Shown here in pieces: positions 1-8,936 of a stretch of DNA of 24,000 nucleotides (its first letter is position 1; every line of letters begins with the position of its first letter). The notes beneath the pieces are model-generated. The model did no database searches and was not told the DNA's origin. It saw only the letters and a program-made list of their open reading frames with translations. This stretch comes from Salarchaeum japonicum (GTDB taxonomy: Archaea; Halobacteriota; Halobacteria; Halobacteriales; Halobacteriaceae): positions 831,097 to 855,096 of the forward strand of contig NZ_JBNAMV010000004.1 of assembly GCF_049705945.1 (NCBI RefSeq), given 5' to 3'. The translations under genes and the position numbers were made by a program.

Positions 1-380
1 ACGCAGATGTCGGGGTCGACGATGCCGCGGTACTGCACGTCGTCACCCATCGAGGACGCGTTCCGGTCGCTGAACGCGATGTCGCGGCGGTTTGTCGCGG
101 TGCGCGCGACCTCCGAGGACTGGTAGCTGAACCGACGGGCGAGCGCGCCGGACTCCACGAGGTCCACGTCGATTTCGTCGCCGACGTTCCCGCTGCTGAC
201 GAGCGTGAGTTCGAGGTCGCGTTCGTCGTCGGCCAACGCGAGCGGCACCAGTTTGGGGTAGCCGACGCTCCCGAACCCGCTCGTGAGTACGGTCGCGTCC
301 GTGTCGATGTCAGCGGCGACCGAGGCGGCGTCCCGGACGGGGAGGTCGCCGTTCAGGCGGTCGGTAACGTTGTCAGTCAT
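1..380 (-). CDS. Acetyl-CoA hydrolase/transferase-family CoA-transferase, N-terminal part (gene runs off the left edge)
   Basis: Absent from the ORF track because there is no stop in the window. My reverse translation from the ATG (complement of cat 378-380) gives MTDNVTDRLNGDLPVRDAASVAADIDTDATVLTSGFGSVGYPKLVPL... The SGFxxxGYPKxVP N-terminal motif is typical of Ach1/ScpC-type CoA-transferases. GC3 is high. It lies 78 nt downstream of the gcdH-like gene on the same strand. Confidence 0.55.
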   Translation of the reverse strand, partial: MTDNVTDRLNGDLPVRDAASVAADIDTDATVLTSGFGSVGYPKLVPLALADDERDLELTLVSSGNVGDEIDVDLVESGALARRFSYQSSEVARTATNRRDIAFSDRNASSMGDDVQYRGIVDPDIC

Positions 381-458
381 CGAGAATCAGACTCGGAGAA
401 GTCGTGCATGTGCGTCTGGCTACCCCGTACGCGGTCAAAAAGGCTTCCGTCGAGGGGT

Positions 459-1619
459 TTACTGGAACGCCTGGATGCCGGTGAGTTCCTGGCCGAGCAC
501 GAGCGTGTGGATGTCGTGCGTGCCCTCGTACGTGTAGACTGTCTCCATGTTCGCCATGTGCCGCATCGGCGAGTAGTCCGCGCTGATGCCGTTCCCGCCG
601 AGCATTTCGCGGGCGACCCGGCTCATGTCGCGCGCCATCCGGACGTTGTTCCGCTTCGCCATCGAGACGTGTCCGGGTTCGAGGTCGCCGCGTTCCTTCA
701 GGTCGGCGAGGCGGTGCGCGAGCAGTTGCGCGGTCGTGATCTGGGTCGCCTGTTCGGCGAGCTTCTGCTGCTGGAGCTGGAAGCCCGCGATGGGTTTCCC
801 GAACTGTTCGCGGCCCTTCGCGTACTCGCGGGCCTCCTCGAAGGCGTCGCGCGCCGCGCCGATGACGCCCCAGGCGATACCGTAGCGCGCCTGCGTGAGA
901 CACGAGAGCGGCCCCTTCATGCCGGAGACGCCGGGAAGGACGTTCTCCTCGGGGACGACCACGTCGTTCAGGCCGATTTCGCCCGTGATGGACGCGCGGA
1001 GGCTGAGCTTCTCGTCGATCTTGTTCGTCGTCACGCCCTCGCGGTCCGTCTCGACGAGGAATCCGCGGACGGTGTCGTCGTCGCTGCGGTCCTTCGCCCA
1101 CACGACCGCGACGTCAGCGATGGGCGAGTTCGTAATCCAGGTCTTCGAGCCGTTCAGGACGTACTCGTCGCCGCGCTTCTCCGCGTGCGTCTCCATCCCG
1201 GACGGGTTCGAACCGTGCTGGGGTTCGGTGAGCCCGAAGCAGCCGACGGCTTCGCCGCGACCCATCGCGGGCAGCCACTCCTCTTTCTGCTCCTCGCTGC
1301 CGTAGGCGTGAATCGGGTACATGACGAGCGCGCCCTGCACGCTCGCCATCGACCGAAGCCCGGAGTCGCCGGCTTCGAGTTCCTGCATCAGGAGACCGTA
1401 CGCGGTCTCGGACACGCCGGGCAGGCCGTAGCCGTCGAGGTTCGGGGCGAAAAAGCCCATCTCGCCGAGTTTCGGGATGATCTCCGTGGGGAACGTTCCC
1501 TCGATGAAGTGCTCGCCGATGTCCGGTTTGATTTCGGACTCAACGAAATCACGGGCCGTGTCCCGAATCATCCGTTCTTCGGCTGAGAGGTCCTCTTCCA
1601 GACCAACGAAGTCCAACAT
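459..1619 (-). CDS. gcdH: Glutaryl-CoA dehydrogenase-like acyl-CoA dehydrogenase (386 aa)
   Basis: Full-length ORF. Acyl-CoA dehydrogenase motifs: GCFGLTEPQHGSNP, KTWITNSPIADVAVVWAK, and a C-terminal TYEGTHDIHTLVLGQELTGIQAF that closely matches the glutaryl-CoA dehydrogenase signature. Confidence 0.8.
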   Translation of the reverse strand: MLDFVGLEEDLSAEERMIRDTARDFVESEIKPDIGEHFIEGTFPTEIIPKLGEMGFFAPNLDGYGLPGVSETAYGLLMQELEAGDSGLRSMASVQGALVMYPIHAYGSEEQKEEWLPAMGRGEAVGCFGLTEPQHGSNPSGMETHAEKRGDEYVLNGSKTWITNSPIADVAVVWAKDRSDDDTVRGFLVETDREGVTTNKIDEKLSLRASITGEIGLNDVVVPEENVLPGVSGMKGPLSCLTQARYGIAWGVIGAARDAFEEAREYAKGREQFGKPIAGFQLQQQKLAEQATQITTAQLLAHRLADLKERGDLEPGHVSMAKRNNVRMARDMSRVAREMLGGNGISADYSPMRHMANMETVYTYEGTHDIHTLVLGQELTGIQAFQ

Positions 1620-1643
1620 TACCTGTAACTAGTCGAAACGACG

Positions 1644-1649
1644 CATAAG
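1644..1649 (-). promoter_or_regulatory. TATA-like box (CTTATG on minus strand) about 28 nt upstream of the gcdH-like start
   Basis: AT-rich hexamer in an otherwise GC-rich spacer. The spacing is typical of leaderless haloarchaeal transcripts. Confidence 0.35.
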
Positions 1650-1674
1650 GATTGTGCAACCGGGCCGGAAAACC

Positions 1675-1680
1675 AATAAG
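1675..1680 (+). promoter_or_regulatory. TATA-like box (AATAAG) about 30 nt upstream of ATG 1707
   Basis: AT-rich hexamer at the expected spacing. A purine-rich GAGGAG also sits 8-13 nt before the ATG. Confidence 0.3.
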
Positions 1681-1706
1681 ACGAGGGGCGAAAGAGGAGA
1701 TAACGT

Positions 1707-2186
1707 ATGCCTGACGGACGACTACGCCGGGACGCGTCGCCATACCTCACGTCGCTGGACGGGAGCGCGGCGGAGCGCGTCACCGCGATGGAGTGGGGTC
1801 GCCACCTCGGCCGCGCGTTCGGCGCGTCCGGCGCTATCAGCGCGCTGCGCTACTACGAGGAGGTCGGCTGGGTGAGCGAGACGGTGAAGGAGACGATGGC
1901 CGACTACGTTCGCGGCCTCCCGCTGGACGCGCTTGAGTCCGACCCCGACTACGACCCCGAGTTGAGCACCGAGCTCGACGACCTCGACGACTCGCCGTTC
2001 GACGCGCACGCGAAATCACTGGAGTACGTCGCGGCTATCGCGAACGACAACATTACCCATCAGCTCGCGACGATTTCGGGGAGCGCGGCCGCCCGGGAGG
2101 CCGCCGCCGCGGCCGGCGAGTTCCAGGAGGAGATTCCGGAGCCCGCGCAGGCCGCCGCGCGCGACGACGATGAGGACGAAGAGTAG
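1707..2186 (+). CDS. Stand-alone archaellum ArlD/ArlE (FlaD/E)-domain protein, 159 aa
   Basis: Residues about 10-110 (SPYLTSL...AMEWGRHL...GAISALRYYEEVGWVSETVKETM...AHAKSLEYV) parallel the C-terminal domain of the 7263-8228 product (SPYLNAL...LMQWVAML...GALKTIDYYAQIDWISPSVKRQL...AHSESFEHI). Acidic tail. The stop lies 3 nt from the arlJ stop. Confidence 0.7.
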   Translation: MPDGRLRRDASPYLTSLDGSAAERVTAMEWGRHLGRAFGASGAISALRYYEEVGWVSETVKETMADYVRGLPLDALESDPDYDPELSTELDDLDDSPFDAHAKSLEYVAAIANDNITHQLATISGSAAAREAAAAAGEFQEEIPEPAQAAARDDDEDEE

Positions 2187-2189
2187 TTT

Positions 2190-3929
2190 TTAGACCTGGA
2201 CGAGCGCGCCGACGAGGTAGCTGGTGGCGACGGCGACGACGGCGCTGATCCAGAGTTGGGCGACGAAGTGCGTGAGCGTGGTGAGCGAGTGGCCGCGGCT
2301 GACGATGCGAATCATCACTGACGTGAGGAGGGCGTTGAGGAGGACGATGATGAACAGCATGAACTGCAGTTCGGGGATGTCGTACTGACTGACGGAGAGT
2401 AGGCCGCCGAGTTGGGCGTTGCTGAGGTCCATGTCCTGTGCGATGGTCATGAACAGCCGGGAGATTTCGAGGCCGACGAACATCGCGAACACGCTCGCGC
2501 CCGTGATGCCGTAGATGGTTCCGACGACCGTTCCGGCTTCCTGGCTGCGTTTCCGACGGAGGTTCAGGACTTCGCTGATATTGGCCTCGATGAGGCTGCC
2601 GAGTTGGCGGGGTTCACCGCCCATGCGGCGGCCGGTGACGTACATTTCACTGAACTTCTGGATGAGGTAGGAGCCGGTTTCGGCGGCGAAGTACCGCCAC
2701 GCGAGGTTGGAGTCGATACGCATCGAGAGGCGCTTGTAGAGGTCGTCGACGTTGTCGGTGAGGTTCCCGAAGTCCTTCTTCCGGAGGCTTTCGAGGACCG
2801 AGCCGGTGGAACTCTGTTTGACGGATTCGACCGCGCCGAGCGCGCGGATGAACGAGGGGAAGGACTCGTCGCGGTTCTTGATGCGGTTCTGTTCTTGGCG
2901 TGCGATGAGGCCGGGGATGATGAACGGCGTGAACGGGAGCGCGAGGTAGATTGGGAGCGGGATGTCGGACCCGAACGGGACGAGGCCCGAGAGGATGCCG
3001 TAGGTGAGCGCGGTGAGCGCGAGGCTGAGTCCAGTGCCGACGAGCAAGCCGGTGCGGAGGCGGGCGTTCCGGTCGAGCGCGATTTCGGTGCGGTAGAACC
3101 AGACGGGGTCCTTGGGGGCGACGCTGTTCATCGCGTACACGAACACGACCTGGAGGAAGAGGTAGAGGAGGATAACCGCCATTACGGGCGTCATCGGGTC
3201 GATACCGACGATGAACGGCACGACGAGCGCGAACACGAGGCCGAACGTCGTGGAGAGCACGATGCTCATGTAGACATCCTTGATGAGGGAGAGCCGGTCG
3301 AGTTGGGCTTCGTAGCGCGTGACGAAGCTCTGAATGATGGAGTCCTGTTCGGAGAGCAGGAAGTCGTCGATGGTCTGTCCGGCGCCGACGGTGTACGCGA
3401 GGCGTTCGAGGAAGTCCTGCATCAGGGGACTGGGGACGCGTTTCGCGCGCATCCGACAGGCGTCCTCGAGGCTCTGATTCCACGTGTCGATGAGGCCGAC
3501 GACGTGCCCCATCTCCTCCGCGATGGCTTCGTACTCGTCCTCGTGTGCGAGCGTCCGGAACACCTCCACGCGGTCGATGTTCGTCGTGGAGAGGATGGTG
3601 ATGTGGGTGATGAAGAGGTGGAAGTGTTCGCGTATCTGCTTGCGCTTGCGGTCCTGGAGGATTTTCGGGTAGATGAGCGCGACGAACGGCACGAACACCC
3701 CGAACAGGACGGTGACGGGAACGACGAAGAGCGGGAGACCGAGGATGAACGGCAACAGCATGACGCCGAACCCGAGGACGACCGACGGGAGGATGACGAC
3801 CAGCGCGTACCGCTGCGCGGGCATCCCCATGTACTCGTAGTCCCGCAGGAGCGACCGGACGACATCGCCGATGTCGAACTCGTCGTCGTCCCGGCCGACC
3901 TGCGTTCCCGCCCCGGTCTCCGTCGCCAT
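2190..3929 (-). CDS. arlJ: Archaellum polytopic membrane platform protein ArlJ (FlaJ), 579 aa
   Basis: Large multi-TM protein with two cytoplasmic GspF/TadC-like domains. It directly abuts arlI (no spacer) at the last position of the arl operon. Confidence 0.85.
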   Translation of the reverse strand: MATETGAGTQVGRDDDEFDIGDVVRSLLRDYEYMGMPAQRYALVVILPSVVLGFGVMLLPFILGLPLFVVPVTVLFGVFVPFVALIYPKILQDRKRKQIREHFHLFITHITILSTTNIDRVEVFRTLAHEDEYEAIAEEMGHVVGLIDTWNQSLEDACRMRAKRVPSPLMQDFLERLAYTVGAGQTIDDFLLSEQDSIIQSFVTRYEAQLDRLSLIKDVYMSIVLSTTFGLVFALVVPFIVGIDPMTPVMAVILLYLFLQVVFVYAMNSVAPKDPVWFYRTEIALDRNARLRTGLLVGTGLSLALTALTYGILSGLVPFGSDIPLPIYLALPFTPFIIPGLIARQEQNRIKNRDESFPSFIRALGAVESVKQSSTGSVLESLRKKDFGNLTDNVDDLYKRLSMRIDSNLAWRYFAAETGSYLIQKFSEMYVTGRRMGGEPRQLGSLIEANISEVLNLRRKRSQEAGTVVGTIYGITGASVFAMFVGLEISRLFMTIAQDMDLSNAQLGGLLSVSQYDIPELQFMLFIIVLLNALLTSVMIRIVSRGHSLTTLTHFVAQLWISAVVAVATSYLVGALVQV

Positions 3930-5612
3930 CTATGCTTCCGGTGAGTCGGGCAGGCCACCAGTATTTATCGGCAGTGCCTCCACGCCGTCGCGCTGGAAGG
4001 TCGAGATGGCGTTGTTCGCCTCCGACCACGACAGCACGTCCTCGTCGATGAGGCGGCGGATGATTTCGGCCCTGCGGCGGAGTTCGTTGTATATCTCCCG
4101 GGTGTCCTGGTAGCCGAGGAGTTCCGCGATCTGGTCTTCGAGCACGTGACTGTTGTTCATGCCCGTGAACACGACTTCGTCGTCGCGGGGGTCCCAGTTG
4201 AACGCCTGCCGGGTGATGACGCCGCCGTCGTGGTCGCTGTACCCCTCGATTTCCTGGACGGAGGTGACGCGGCGGAGCACGCGGTCGCCCTGCTTCACGC
4301 GGTTCTGGAAGAGCGCCACGTCGCAGTTGTCCATGAACGTCTCGGGGACGTTGATGGGTTCGCCCGTGAAGCGCTGAATCATGGAGACGATGTCGCTCGC
4401 GTGGAACGTCAGCATCACCGGGTGGCCGGTCTGTGCGGCCTGGAACGCCATCTGCCCCTCCGCACCACGGACCTCGCCGACGATGATGTAGTCGGGACGC
4501 GAGCGGAGCGCGGCGGCGACGAGGTCGAACATGTCCACGTCCGCGTTCTCGTCGTTGCCCTGGCCCTCCCGCGTGAGGAGTTGCTGCCAGGTCGAGTGCG
4601 GGACGTTCACCTCGGCGGTGTCCTCCGCGGTGTAAATCTTGGAGTCGCGGGGGATGAGCGAGATGGAGGCGTTCAGGGTCGTCGTCTTCCCGGACGCGGT
4701 CTCACCGACGACGAACACCGTGCGCTCGTTCTCCAGGCAGAGCCAGAGGTAGGCGGCGAGTTCGGGGCTGAGCGTCCCCCACTTCGTAATCTGGAAGATG
4801 GAGAGCGGTACCTCCTCGCTCTGACGGATGGTGAGACTCGGGCCCTGCACGGACACGTCGTCGGAGTAGATGATGTTGATACGGGAGCCGTCGGGGAGCG
4901 TGGAGTCGATGATGGGGTTCGAGTCGGACACCGGCGTGTCCATGCGCTCGCCCATGTTCCGAATCCAGTTCTCGAACTCCTCGCTCGACCCGAAGTCGAC
5001 CGTGGTGGGGAGCATGCTGTACGTCGCGTGGTCGACGTAGCACTGGTGGGGGCCGATGACGTGGATGTCCTCGTTCTCGGGGTCGCTCATGATGGGGTCG
5101 AGCGGGCCGAGTCCGACGATGTCGCGCTGGAGGCGGTAGCGCACTCGGCGGTAGGTCTCCGGGTCGACGTTCACGGTGGTGCCGATGAAGGAACCGATAG
5201 CGCCGGACGCGACGCCGCCGACGGAGACGATTTCGTCGAGGAGTTCGTCGAGGTGTTCGTCGAACTGGCGTTCCTCGCTCGGCGCGGGCTTGGTGACGCT
5301 CTTGTCGAGGAGGAGTTGGCGGATGGTCTCGTACTGCTGGTGTTCGTCCGGCCGGAGCGACGGTTCGATGACGTAGTACGTGGTGTCGATACCCACGTCC
5401 CCGTGGATGTGGCAGAACGTGGGGTGTTCGGAGACCGTCGGATAGATGACGTGGGGATTGTGCATCTCGTGTTCGTCCGACAGTTCGTCCACGTACAGCG
5501 GGTACTCGCCGTGTTCCTCTCGAAACGTCTCCAGGTGGTCGCGGAGATGGGTGTGTTCGTCCATCAGCGACTGGAGTTCGGCGCTCGCGCGCTGGGAGCC
5601 GAGTTCCGTCAT
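3930..5612 (-). CDS. arlI: Archaellum assembly/motor ATPase ArlI (FlaI), 560 aa
   Basis: Type II/IV secretion-family ATPase. Walker A GETASGKTT, Walker B/Asp box DYIIVGEVRG, followed by a His box. Flanked by arlH and arlJ with no intergenic nucleotides. Confidence 0.9.
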   Translation of the reverse strand: MTELGSQRASAELQSLMDEHTHLRDHLETFREEHGEYPLYVDELSDEHEMHNPHVIYPTVSEHPTFCHIHGDVGIDTTYYVIEPSLRPDEHQQYETIRQLLLDKSVTKPAPSEERQFDEHLDELLDEIVSVGGVASGAIGSFIGTTVNVDPETYRRVRYRLQRDIVGLGPLDPIMSDPENEDIHVIGPHQCYVDHATYSMLPTTVDFGSSEEFENWIRNMGERMDTPVSDSNPIIDSTLPDGSRINIIYSDDVSVQGPSLTIRQSEEVPLSIFQITKWGTLSPELAAYLWLCLENERTVFVVGETASGKTTTLNASISLIPRDSKIYTAEDTAEVNVPHSTWQQLLTREGQGNDENADVDMFDLVAAALRSRPDYIIVGEVRGAEGQMAFQAAQTGHPVMLTFHASDIVSMIQRFTGEPINVPETFMDNCDVALFQNRVKQGDRVLRRVTSVQEIEGYSDHDGGVITRQAFNWDPRDDEVVFTGMNNSHVLEDQIAELLGYQDTREIYNELRRRAEIIRRLIDEDVLSWSEANNAISTFQRDGVEALPINTGGLPDSPEA

Positions 5613-6353
5613 CTACGCCACCGTCCGCGTCACGATGGTCAGTCCGCGGCCGGTCTGGACCTCGTACCCGATGGTGTCGTCCACCTGGTTGCCCATGCCC
5701 GCGAACTTCCGCACGACCATCTGTCGGCGGATGTCGTTCCCGACTTCCTCCGAGGAGAGTTTGAGGTAGACGTCGGAGACGTCACGAACGGGACGGAGCG
5801 CGGCGTCCGTCAGGGAGTCGGGGTTCACGGTGAGGAGAATGGTCTTTCCGTGGGAGGTGATCGTCCGGAAGAAGCTGATGAGGTTCTGCATCACGTCGTC
5901 CTCGTCCCCGTGCTCTCGGATAGACTCGTAGTGGGGGTCGTGGAGGAGGATGGAGTCGAACCCGTCGAAGATGATGACGTCGCTGTTCCACATCGTCTCC
6001 GCGTCCATCAGTCGCTGGAGGAGCGGGCGCTTGGCGTCCACGTCGCTGAACGTGTTCGTCGTGTCCACGTCCGCGTGCAGGAAGAGCATGTTCTCGCGCG
6101 TGAGGTGTTCGACGACGTCGTAGTCGAGGGACTGCATCTGGTCGATGAAGCTCGCCGCGGTCTCCTCCGTGGAGACGTACGTGACCGTGTTCCCGGTCTC
6201 GCAGAGTCCGTACGCGAACCGCTGCGTGATGACGCTCTTCCCGGAGCCGTGCTCGCCTTCGAGGATGCCGAGGCTGCCCGTGGGGAGGCCGCCGCCGAGC
6301 TGCGCGTTCACGCGGTCACGGGTGTCGAGTCCGAGTTCGTAGAGGTCTGGCAT
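5613..6353 (-). CDS. arlH: Archaellum KaiC/RecA-like ATP-binding protein ArlH (FlaH), 246 aa
   Basis: Walker A GEHGSGKS. The size and the position between arlG and arlI are canonical. Confidence 0.85.
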   Translation of the reverse strand: MPDLYELGLDTRDRVNAQLGGGLPTGSLGILEGEHGSGKSVITQRFAYGLCETGNTVTYVSTEETAASFIDQMQSLDYDVVEHLTRENMLFLHADVDTTNTFSDVDAKRPLLQRLMDAETMWNSDVIIFDGFDSILLHDPHYESIREHGDEDDVMQNLISFFRTITSHGKTILLTVNPDSLTDAALRPVRDVSDVYLKLSSEEVGNDIRRQMVVRKFAGMGNQVDDTIGYEVQTGRGLTIVTRTVA

Positions 6354-6360
6354 GGTTGGT

Positions 6361-6816
6361 CTACACGTAGATGGTCACGGTCTCCTCGTCACCGACGACG
6401 TGCACCGAGATGGTGTGTTCGCCGGCGTCGAGGGGGTACGAGAGGGTGAGGCGAAGGATTTCGCCGGTCGCCCACACGTCGCCCGTCGCGTTGTCGGGCC
6501 TGGAGAGGGCGTCCACCGTCGCGTACTGACCATCAATGAATACGTCTATTTGGGACGTCTGGGCGTATAAGTCCTTTTGCCCGGTGTTCTTGACGAGGAG
6601 CGTGACGTTCCCCGTGGAGTCGTTGTAGAACGCGTCGCTTCCGGTGTCGCCGACGATGTCCACGTCGGTCTCTATCTTGTCGGCGGCGGCGAGCCCCGAC
6701 CCTTCGAGGGTCTGGTCGAGGTCGACGACGCTCGCGGTGAGCGTGGACGCGACCGTCGCCGCGACCATCAGGGACGCGATGAAGATGATGAGTTTGTCGA
6801 CGGAGACGCTCGCCAT
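6361..6816 (-). CDS. arlG: Archaellum stator/periplasmic protein ArlG (FlaG), 151 aa
   Basis: N-terminal hydrophobic helix (MASVSVDKLIIFIASLMVAATVA) followed by a beta-rich domain containing VTLLVKNTG. Its start codon overlaps the arlF stop by 1 nt. Confidence 0.8.
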   Translation of the reverse strand: MASVSVDKLIIFIASLMVAATVASTLTASVVDLDQTLEGSGLAAADKIETDVDIVGDTGSDAFYNDSTGNVTLLVKNTGQKDLYAQTSQIDVFIDGQYATVDALSRPDNATGDVWATGEILRLTLSYPLDAGEHTISVHVVGDEETVTIYV

Positions 6817-7256
6817 CAGGACACCACCGTCACGTTGTTCGTCCCCGCGCTCACCGCGTGCTCGGTCACGACGACAACCCGTTTGGGCTCGTCCGCTGTC
6901 GATAGCGTGAACGTGAGTGTCTCACCGGGCGCCCAGACGGTGCGTGCGCTCGCTCCCTCGACGGCCGTCTCGGGGTTCGTGAAGGCGCCGTCGACGAGTA
7001 GGTCGGTGTCGGTCACGTGCAGGCTGGTCGTGCCCGTGTTGGAGACGTGAACGGTGAGCTGGTCCGAGGTGTTGTTGTAGGTCACGCTGTCGAGCGCGAT
7101 ATCGGTATTTCCGGCGTCCAGCGCGCGGTTCTCCTGTGCGCTCATCGACTCGGAGACGTCCTCGAAGCCGGCCTGCGCCGCGGGAACGACGACGCCCACG
7201 ACCATGAACGCCGCAACGAACAGAATCGCGGCTGCGCCGTTCGTACTGAACCCCAT
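6816..7256 (-). CDS. arlF: Archaellum stator/S-layer-contact protein ArlF (FlaF), 146 aa
   Basis: N-terminal TM helix followed by a beta-sandwich-type domain (LTVHVSNTGTTSL, LLVDG). Canonical position upstream of arlG. Confidence 0.8.
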   Translation of the reverse strand: MGFSTNGAAAILFVAAFMVVGVVVPAAQAGFEDVSESMSAQENRALDAGNTDIALDSVTYNNTSDQLTVHVSNTGTTSLHVTDTDLLVDGAFTNPETAVEGASARTVWAPGETLTFTLSTADEPKRVVVVTEHAVSAGTNNVTVVS

Positions 7257-7262
7257 GAACTG

Positions 7263-8228
7263 CTACGTCCCCGCGAGCTCCGTCTGCTGTGCCAGTTTCT
7301 GGATGTGTTCGAAACTCTCGCTGTGCGCTTCCACGGACAGTTCGCTCGGCGGCCGGGACGGCTGGTCCTCGTCGATGTCGTGCGCGCCCGACAGCACCGT
7401 CTCCAGTTGGCGCTTCACGGACGGACTGATCCAGTCGATCTGAGCGTAGTAGTCGATGGTTTTCAGCGCGCCCGCCGGTCCCGCGGTGTCGACGAGCATC
7501 GCCACCCACTGCATCAGCACCACGTCAGTCGCGTACGTCGGCGCGAGCGCGTTCAGGTAGGGCGAGTCGCCGGACTGGGACGCGGACACCGGCCGCGCCG
7601 GTGTATCCGCGGGCGTCTCGGGTTCGTCGGGTTCGTCTTCCTCGGCGTCCTCGTCGAGGTTCTGCTTGAGGTCCGCGAAGCTGACGACATCCTCGTCGTC
7701 CTCGTCTTCCGAGTCGTCAGCGTCCGCGTCAGCGGTAGTGTGGCGTTCGTGGCCGATGTCGTCGGACGCCTCGCCGGACATCACGCCGTACGTCTCGTCG
7801 TCGGGCGCGGCCGCCTCGCGCTCGTCGTCCGACGAGAAGGGATTGATGTCGTCGGTGAGCCGGTCGTACACGCCGAGAAGAATCGTGTTCGTCTCCTCGA
7901 TATCGTCAAGGCGGCCGTCCATCGACTCCTGGGTGTTCTCCAGGGATTCGATGGCGGACTCGTTGGTGTCGACGCGGTTTCGGACTTCGTCGAGGTTGTA
8001 CTGGAGTTCCTCGACCGCGTCACCCACATCTCCCTCGAACGCCTCCGTCGAAATCCGGGGCTGCTGCGGTTCGGAGACCGCTTCTTCTTCCTCCGTGTCC
8101 TCCCCAGCGTCAGCGTCCGCGTCCGCCTGTTCCGTCTCGTCCTCGGCGTCCTGTTCGTCCTCTCGTGACTGATTGTTTGGAACGAGGGAGTCGAGGCCGA
8201 GTTCCCGCATCACGTCGCCGAGGTTCAT
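7263..8228 (-). CDS. arlCE: Archaellum ArlC + ArlD/E-domain fusion (FlaCE-like), 321 aa
   Basis: The N-terminal half has a coiled-coil FlaC-like segment (VDTNESAIESLENTQESMDGRLDDIEETNTILLGVYDRLT). A long acidic linker leads to a C-terminal FlaD/E domain (SPYLNALAPTYATDVVLMQWVAML...IDYYAQIDWIS). First gene of the operon. Confidence 0.7.
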   Translation of the reverse strand: MNLGDVMRELGLDSLVPNNQSREDEQDAEDETEQADADADAGEDTEEEEAVSEPQQPRISTEAFEGDVGDAVEELQYNLDEVRNRVDTNESAIESLENTQESMDGRLDDIEETNTILLGVYDRLTDDINPFSSDDEREAAAPDDETYGVMSGEASDDIGHERHTTADADADDSEDEDDEDVVSFADLKQNLDEDAEEDEPDEPETPADTPARPVSASQSGDSPYLNALAPTYATDVVLMQWVAMLVDTAGPAGALKTIDYYAQIDWISPSVKRQLETVLSGAHDIDEDQPSRPPSELSVEAHSESFEHIQKLAQQTELAGT

Positions 8229-8282
8229 TCGTAACTCGGTTCGGTCCCGGCGAAGAAGAACCTTTGGGCAGGGAGACTGGGG

Positions 8283-8288
8283 TTTAAG
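8283..8288 (+). promoter_or_regulatory. TATA-like box TTTAAG in the 96-nt divergent spacer between arlCE-like and the 8325 gene
   Basis: This is the only AT-rich element in the spacer. It lies about 40 nt upstream of ATG 8325 and about 57 nt upstream of the arlCE-like start on the other strand. GGTTTAAGCC is nearly palindromic. Confidence 0.35.
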
Positions 8289-8324
8289 CCGCTCTGGGGC
8301 GACGAGTGGACAGAGACGCTACAG

Positions 8325-8936
8325 ATGGCTGACGAGAACGCGGTACACGAGGCGGTCGTCGACCTTCTCTCTCGGTGGGAGAGTCCGGTGGCGAACAAGC
8401 GCGTGTTCAATCAGCGACTCGCAGCCCACCTCGAATCGGAACTCGACGACCGCGGCCTGGACGTGTCCGTCGAGCGGACGGCGCAGGGCCCGTGCGACAT
8501 CACCGTAGACAGTGTAGGCGTGCTCGTGTTCACGGACTTCAGCCACGCCGACTCAGTGGAGTTACACGCACAGAGCGACCGCATCCAGGAGCGCGTCGAC
8601 ACGCTCGTCGTGTTCGGCTACCTGCTCCCGGAGCGCGACCTCGACCGATGGCGGATGGGCGAGTTCAAGTACGAAGCGATGGGGCTGGATATGGAGGAAG
8701 TGACGTTCCTGCGGCGCAACCCCACCACGGAAACCGTGGAAGAGCACGGTTGGCCGAGCCGCGTGTGGCGGTTCGCCGTCGCGGTCGTCGCGCTTCTCAG
8801 CATCGTCATTGGCGTCGAACTTGCCATCCTCTACCAGGCGTTCGGCGGCGCCGCGCCGAGCCCCGAGCTCACGCTCGCCGCGGTGGTCGTGCTGTCCGCG
8901 TTGCTCGTCTTCCTCTACGAGCGCATCCCCCTCTAG
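8325..8936 (+). CDS. Hypothetical protein: about 140-aa soluble N-terminal domain plus two C-terminal TM helices (203 aa)
   Basis: Strong GC3 in this frame. TM segments VWRFAVAVVALLSIVIGVELAILY and LTLAAVVVLSALLVFLY. No motif I recognise. Confidence 0.65.
   Translation: MADENAVHEAVVDLLSRWESPVANKRVFNQRLAAHLESELDDRGLDVSVERTAQGPCDITVDSVGVLVFTDFSHADSVELHAQSDRIQERVDTLVVFGYLLPERDLDRWRMGEFKYEAMGLDMEEVTFLRRNPTTETVEEHGWPSRVWRFAVAVVALLSIVIGVELAILYQAFGGAAPSPELTLAAVVVLSALLVFLYERIPL

Noticed and set aside
408-1586. 392-aa plus-strand ORF (with nested ORFs at 373-1101, 586-885 and 895-1305) overlapping the gcdH-like gene
   Set aside because: It is antisense or out of frame relative to a gene with clear family motifs. 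The product is Arg/Ala/Gly/Val-rich and low in complexity, which is the typical high-GC shadow-ORF pattern.
2412-4029. 510-aa plus-strand ORF and 460-aa/178-aa minus-strand ORFs across arlJ
   Set aside because: These are alternative frames of a well-supported polytopic ArlJ. Their products are R/P/D/E/H-rich with no motifs.
4146-6449. 767-aa plus-strand ORF spanning arlI and arlH
   Set aside because: It is antisense to two genes with Walker motifs. The composition (V/D/G/R/A/E) is typical of antisense reading of GC3-rich genes.
7700-8160. Short tandem GCGTC(A/C)-type repeats encoding ADADAD/DEDE stretches in the arlCE-like gene
   Set aside because: This is a low-complexity acidic linker typical of haloarchaeal proteins. 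It is not an independent DNA repeat element or an array.
7017-8168. 383-aa plus-strand ORF and other frames (6922-7509, 7666-8172) over arlF and arlCE
   Set aside because: Shadow ORFs. The Ser-rich and Arg-rich products arise from reading the acidic linker of ArlCE in other frames.
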